DNA of 63,966 bases, counting the filler. It is 7 parts of 7 records of this genome, joined end to end, with 100 filler letters (N's around TTAATTAATTAA, not from the genome) between each part and the next. Parts side by side here need not be neighbours in the genome. Positions count along the whole stretch, not along the records: positions 57,951 to 63,966 come from SRR20825010_6884; 6 more parts are not named here. One strand, given 5' to 3'. Position numbers and translations under genes: made by a program. Below, piece by piece: positions 60,869 through 63,966 of the stretch (position 1 is its first letter; every line of letters begins with the position of its first letter). The notes beneath the pieces are model-generated. The model was not told where the DNA came from, did not search any database, and worked only from the letters and a program-made list of their open reading frames with translations.

Positions 60869-61531
60869 TTAGTGGATTTGATTAAAGTGAAGGTAAAGGG
60901 CAATGAAAATAAACCCTAACGGAATAAATACTGCGTAAAACTGTGTAAACCCTCTAAGTCCTTTTGAATATTTATTGTTCCAGCCCATACTTTGGAAAGA
61001 CGATGAAAAGCCGTGCCAAAGGTGAAGCATTAACAAAACGAACGACAAACAATAAAGACCCGTACGCACTGGGCTTTCAAATTTATGAACCAACTCTGGG
61101 TAATAACGTGTTGCGTCCATCGGGTTGCTTTCAATGTATTTATGAACTATTTCTGGAAACCAAAAATCGTAAAAATGAAGCCCTAAAAACGCCAAAATTA
61201 CCAAGCCACTAATAATCATATTTCGTGAAGCCCACGTTGAGTTTTTATGCCCTTTGAAGGATTTATACTTTATCTGTCTTGCATTATTGTTTCTAATTTC
61301 AAGAACAATCCCCATTACAAAGTGAAAAATCACTCCTATAATTAATACGGGTTGTAATATGCTCTGCACCAAAAAATTGTGCCCCATAAAATGCGACAAG
61401 CTATTAAAGGTATCCGGATCAATGACCGAAGTGAAGTTAATTACAAAGTGTTGTGCTAAAAAGAAGACAAGGAACAAGCCGGAAAGTGCCATTGCTACTT
61501 TTCGTGCAATTGTTGAAGTTAGTATTGCCAT
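60869..61531 (-). CDS. sdhC: Succinate dehydrogenase cytochrome b subunit
   Basis: Motif RKVAMALSG; five TM segments with His ligands (AQH, FHF, LHF, HLWHG). Likely start MAILTST. Confidence 0.92.
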   Translation of the reverse strand: MAILTSTIARKVAMALSGLFLVFFLAQHFVINFTSVIDPDTFNSLSHFMGHNFLVQSILQPVLIIGVIFHFVMGIVLEIRNNNARQIKYKSFKGHKNSTWASRNMIISGLVILAFLGLHFYDFWFPEIVHKYIESNPMDATRYYPELVHKFESPVRTGLYCLSFVLLMLHLWHGFSSSFQSMGWNNKYSKGLRGFTQFYAVFIPLGFIFIALYLHFNQIH

Positions 61532-61558
61532 TTTGGTTATAGTTCTAGAATAGTTACA

Positions 61559-61590
61559 CAAAAATACACCTCTATCAGGTTGTTGCCAAA
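61559..61590 (-). promoter_or_regulatory. Bacteroidota promoter of sdhCAB
   Basis: Minus strand TTTG-N20-TATTTTTG. Confidence 0.65.
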
Positions 61591-61640
61591 CATTCTTTTG
61601 TTTTTGAAAACTATTTAGAATTAGTTTAAATACATCCTCC

Positions 61641-63965
61641 TTATTTAAGCTCTAATTTTGTAGCTGCTTCTTTACCATTAACCAATACTGTTAGCGTGTA
61701 TTTCCCCTTTGGAAGATAGTATGCGCCATTTTCAGCTTTAGTAACTTTCGTCTCCGTTTTATCAAATAGTTTACTTGACTTTTCTGAAACAGAAAGGTTA
61801 TAAGTAACTGTATTAAAACCTTTTGAAGCAGCTACCTTAAGCTGATGCACTTCTTTTTCAGCTTCGTTTTTTATCCTAATTAATGCTTCTCCAGCTTTAG
61901 GAGTGTAAAATTGTAAAGTTGTTTTAGACTCATACACATCTCTCCAGGTACTAAATTTACTTCCCCAACGCGGTGAAAAATGTATCGGCTCTAGTTCTGA
62001 AACCAATACTTCATTCATAGTGTTTTTTGCTATTTTTTGAAGCAACGAAATATCTGCACGGTAAAGTGAGCGCCCATGGGTTCCTAAAATTAAGTGTTTT
62101 GCATCTGGCTGTATCACTAAATCGTGTACCGCCACATTTGGTAATTCATTAGAAAAAACTTCCCAACTTTCGCCACGGTTAAAGGAAACATACGCACCAT
62201 TATCAGTTCCTAAATACAATAGGTCTTCATTAACAGGGTCTTCTTTTATAACATTTACGGGAGAAGTTGGTAAATTGCTGCTAATGTCTTTCCATGTAGC
62301 GCCATAAGTATCGCTTACATATACATACGGTTTAAAATCGTCCCAACGGTAACCGTTTAAGGTAACATAAACTGTTTCTTTTTTATGGGAAGAAGCAATC
62401 ACGCGGCTTACCCAAAGGTCTTTCGGAAACGATTCTGAAATAACCGTCCAAGAACCGCCACCGTTTTTTGAAATATGCACCAAACCATCATCGCTACCCG
62501 TATAAAGCAATCCAAACTGAAAAGGAGATTCGCTAATACTTGTTAACGTGCCATAGGCTACATTGCCAGGTTTTCCACCCTTGGTTAAATCATCCGAAAT
62601 AGCTGCCCAATCATCCCCTTGATTCATGCTTCGCATCAATTTATTTCCTCCTAAGTATAGAATGTCTTGATTGTGTTCACTTAAAAGTATGGGCGTTTGC
62701 CAGTTAAAACGATACGGACTTTCACCCAACTCATGTTTTGGTTGAATATAAACAGGGGCGCCTCCATTTCTATTCAACCTAAAGTAATTCCCAAATTGAT
62801 AGCCTGTATAAACAATTTTGCTGTTTCTACTGTCTATCTGTACGTGCATACCATCACCTCCAAAAAGAAATTCGTACGGATACTTTCCGTTTTGACGCCA
62901 TCCTGGATTTTCTTCATAGGTATGTGGGCCAACCCAAACTCCGTTGTCCTGCAACCCGCCATACACACTGTAATTTTTTTCAAGATCTACGTTTACAGCA
63001 TAAAACTGACCCACGGCTGGCGCGTTATTTTTAATCCACGTTTCACCATCATCATAACTTATGTTTACCCCGCCATCATTTCCGTTAATTAAATGACCAG
63101 GCTTTTTTGGGTTTATCCAAAGTGCATGGTGGTCTACGTGTAGATTATCGGCATCTATGCTTTTAAAAGTTTTTCCACCGTCTGCAGATTTTAAAATTGG
63201 TACGCCATACACATAGATTTTGTTAGAATCGTTAGGATCTACGTGAATTTTTCCGAAGTAATATCCATACGAATAATACAAATCATCCAAATACCCTTCA
63301 TGTGTTTTCTGCCACGTTTTTCCGCCATTGGTGCTTTTATAAACTTCTGCGCCAATAACAGGGGTGTCAAACAATTGGCTGTTTGCATTTTCTAGATATT
63401 TTGCCAAATCTTCAGGTTTTACAGTACCTACCCGAATCATTTGTTTTATGTTTTCAGCACGGTATTTTTCCTGAAAACCATTCATTTTTAAAAATTGATT
63501 TAGCTTTTTATCCTCTAAATCTAGAAAATCTGCCACCGCCATTGTTTTAAAATCGTCTTTGGTAAGGATATCTGTTTCTTCCTTTTTCGGTTCTTCTTTT
63601 CGGTGAAATTGGTTGTCTACAATCAAATACACCGTGTTATCATCCACAACGGCGGTACCCATGCGCCCCATGCCTTTTCCTATAGGCAACCCACTGTTTT
63701 CAGTAGAAACTTTTGTCCAACTACTTCCTGCATCGGTGCTTTTATAGATGCCACTACCTTCGCCACTCCCTTCAAAATGCCATGCTTTACGGTCTTTGTC
63801 CCACGCAGCTGCGTAGAGTGTATTAAAATTGTTGGGGTTGCTAGAAATTTCAATAATACCCGTTTCATTATTTATAAAAAGTGTTTTATTCCACGTTTTT
63901 CCGCCATCAATGGTTTTAAAAACCCCGCGTTCTTCATTATCAGAATACAAATGCCCCACGGCACC
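61641..63965 (-). CDS. VPS10/BNR (Asp-box) beta-propeller protein, 5' truncated
   Basis: Many SxDxGxTW Asp-boxes; motifs HVDHHALW, GNDGG, GGLQDNG, RFNWQTP and THGRS. Confidence 0.88.
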   Translation of the reverse strand, partial: GAVGHLYSDNEERGVFKTIDGGKTWNKTLFINNETGIIEISSNPNNFNTLYAAAWDKDRKAWHFEGSGEGSGIYKSTDAGSSWTKVSTENSGLPIGKGMGRMGTAVVDDNTVYLIVDNQFHRKEEPKKEETDILTKDDFKTMAVADFLDLEDKKLNQFLKMNGFQEKYRAENIKQMIRVGTVKPEDLAKYLENANSQLFDTPVIGAEVYKSTNGGKTWQKTHEGYLDDLYYSYGYYFGKIHVDPNDSNKIYVYGVPILKSADGGKTFKSIDADNLHVDHHALWINPKKPGHLINGNDGGVNISYDDGETWIKNNAPAVGQFYAVNVDLEKNYSVYGGLQDNGVWVGPHTYEENPGWRQNGKYPYEFLFGGDGMHVQIDSRNSKIVYTGYQFGNYFRLNRNGGAPVYIQPKHELGESPYRFNWQTPILLSEHNQDILYLGGNKLMRSMNQGDDWAAISDDLTKGGKPGNVAYGTLTSISESPFQFGLLYTGSDDGLVHISKNGGGSWTVISESFPKDLWVSRVIASSHKKETVYVTLNGYRWDDFKPYVYVSDTYGATWKDISSNLPTSPVNVIKEDPVNEDLLYLGTDNGAYVSFNRGESWEVFSNELPNVAVHDLVIQPDAKHLILGTHGRSLYRADISLLQKIAKNTMNEVLVSELEPIHFSPRWGSKFSTWRDVYESKTTLQFYTPKAGEALIRIKNEAEKEVHQLKVAASKGFNTVTYNLSVSEKSSKLFDKTETKVTKAENGAYYLPKGKYTLTVLVNGKEAATKLELK

Positions 63966-63966
63966 C

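Overview
This window is not one locus. It is seven unrelated contig fragments joined by six identical 100-nt artificial linkers (44 N + TTAATTAATTAA + 44 N). Taxa below are inferred from protein families, promoter motifs and composition. (1) 1-16958, Bacteroidota: rplU 5' end, two lipoproteins, a DMT transporter and the dcw cluster mraZ-rsmH-ftsL-ftsI-murE-mraY-murD-orf-ftsW-murG-murC-ftsQ-ftsA'. (2) 17059-23384: an internal fragment of a giant adhesin-like protein with nine cadherin-like repeats. (3) 23485-34587, Flavobacteriaceae-like: proS', a low-complexity lipoprotein, a FadL-like barrel, folE, cysS, yidD, lgt, DUF192, secDF and an uncalled upstream ORF ending in RAGP. (4) 34688-41490, alphaproteobacterial: M23 peptidase, MFS, clpB, DUF4167. 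(5) 41591-54308, Cytophagales-like: tRNA ends, DUF349, yqgE, pdxH, bshB1, M23-LysM, trxB, primary sigma factor, pnp, rpsO, lptF-like and START-like genes. (6) 54409-57850, high-GC alphaproteobacterial ROK regulator and sugar ABC locus. (7) 57951-63966, Flavobacteriaceae-like sdhCAB plus a VPS10/BNR protein. Most genes are housekeeping. Four signals stand out: (a) a four-helix-bundle (23S-IVP/bAvd-like) gene between sdhA and sdhB, bracketed by inverted arrays of 8-nt repeats that could fold the ORF into an RNA loop; (b) a SecM-like RAGP arrest-peptide candidate upstream of secDF, missing from the ORF track; (c) a tRNA-Met-like duplicate whose D-arm is replaced by an 18-nt palindrome; (d) a stand-alone degenerate copy of the MurD C-terminal domain between murD and ftsW.
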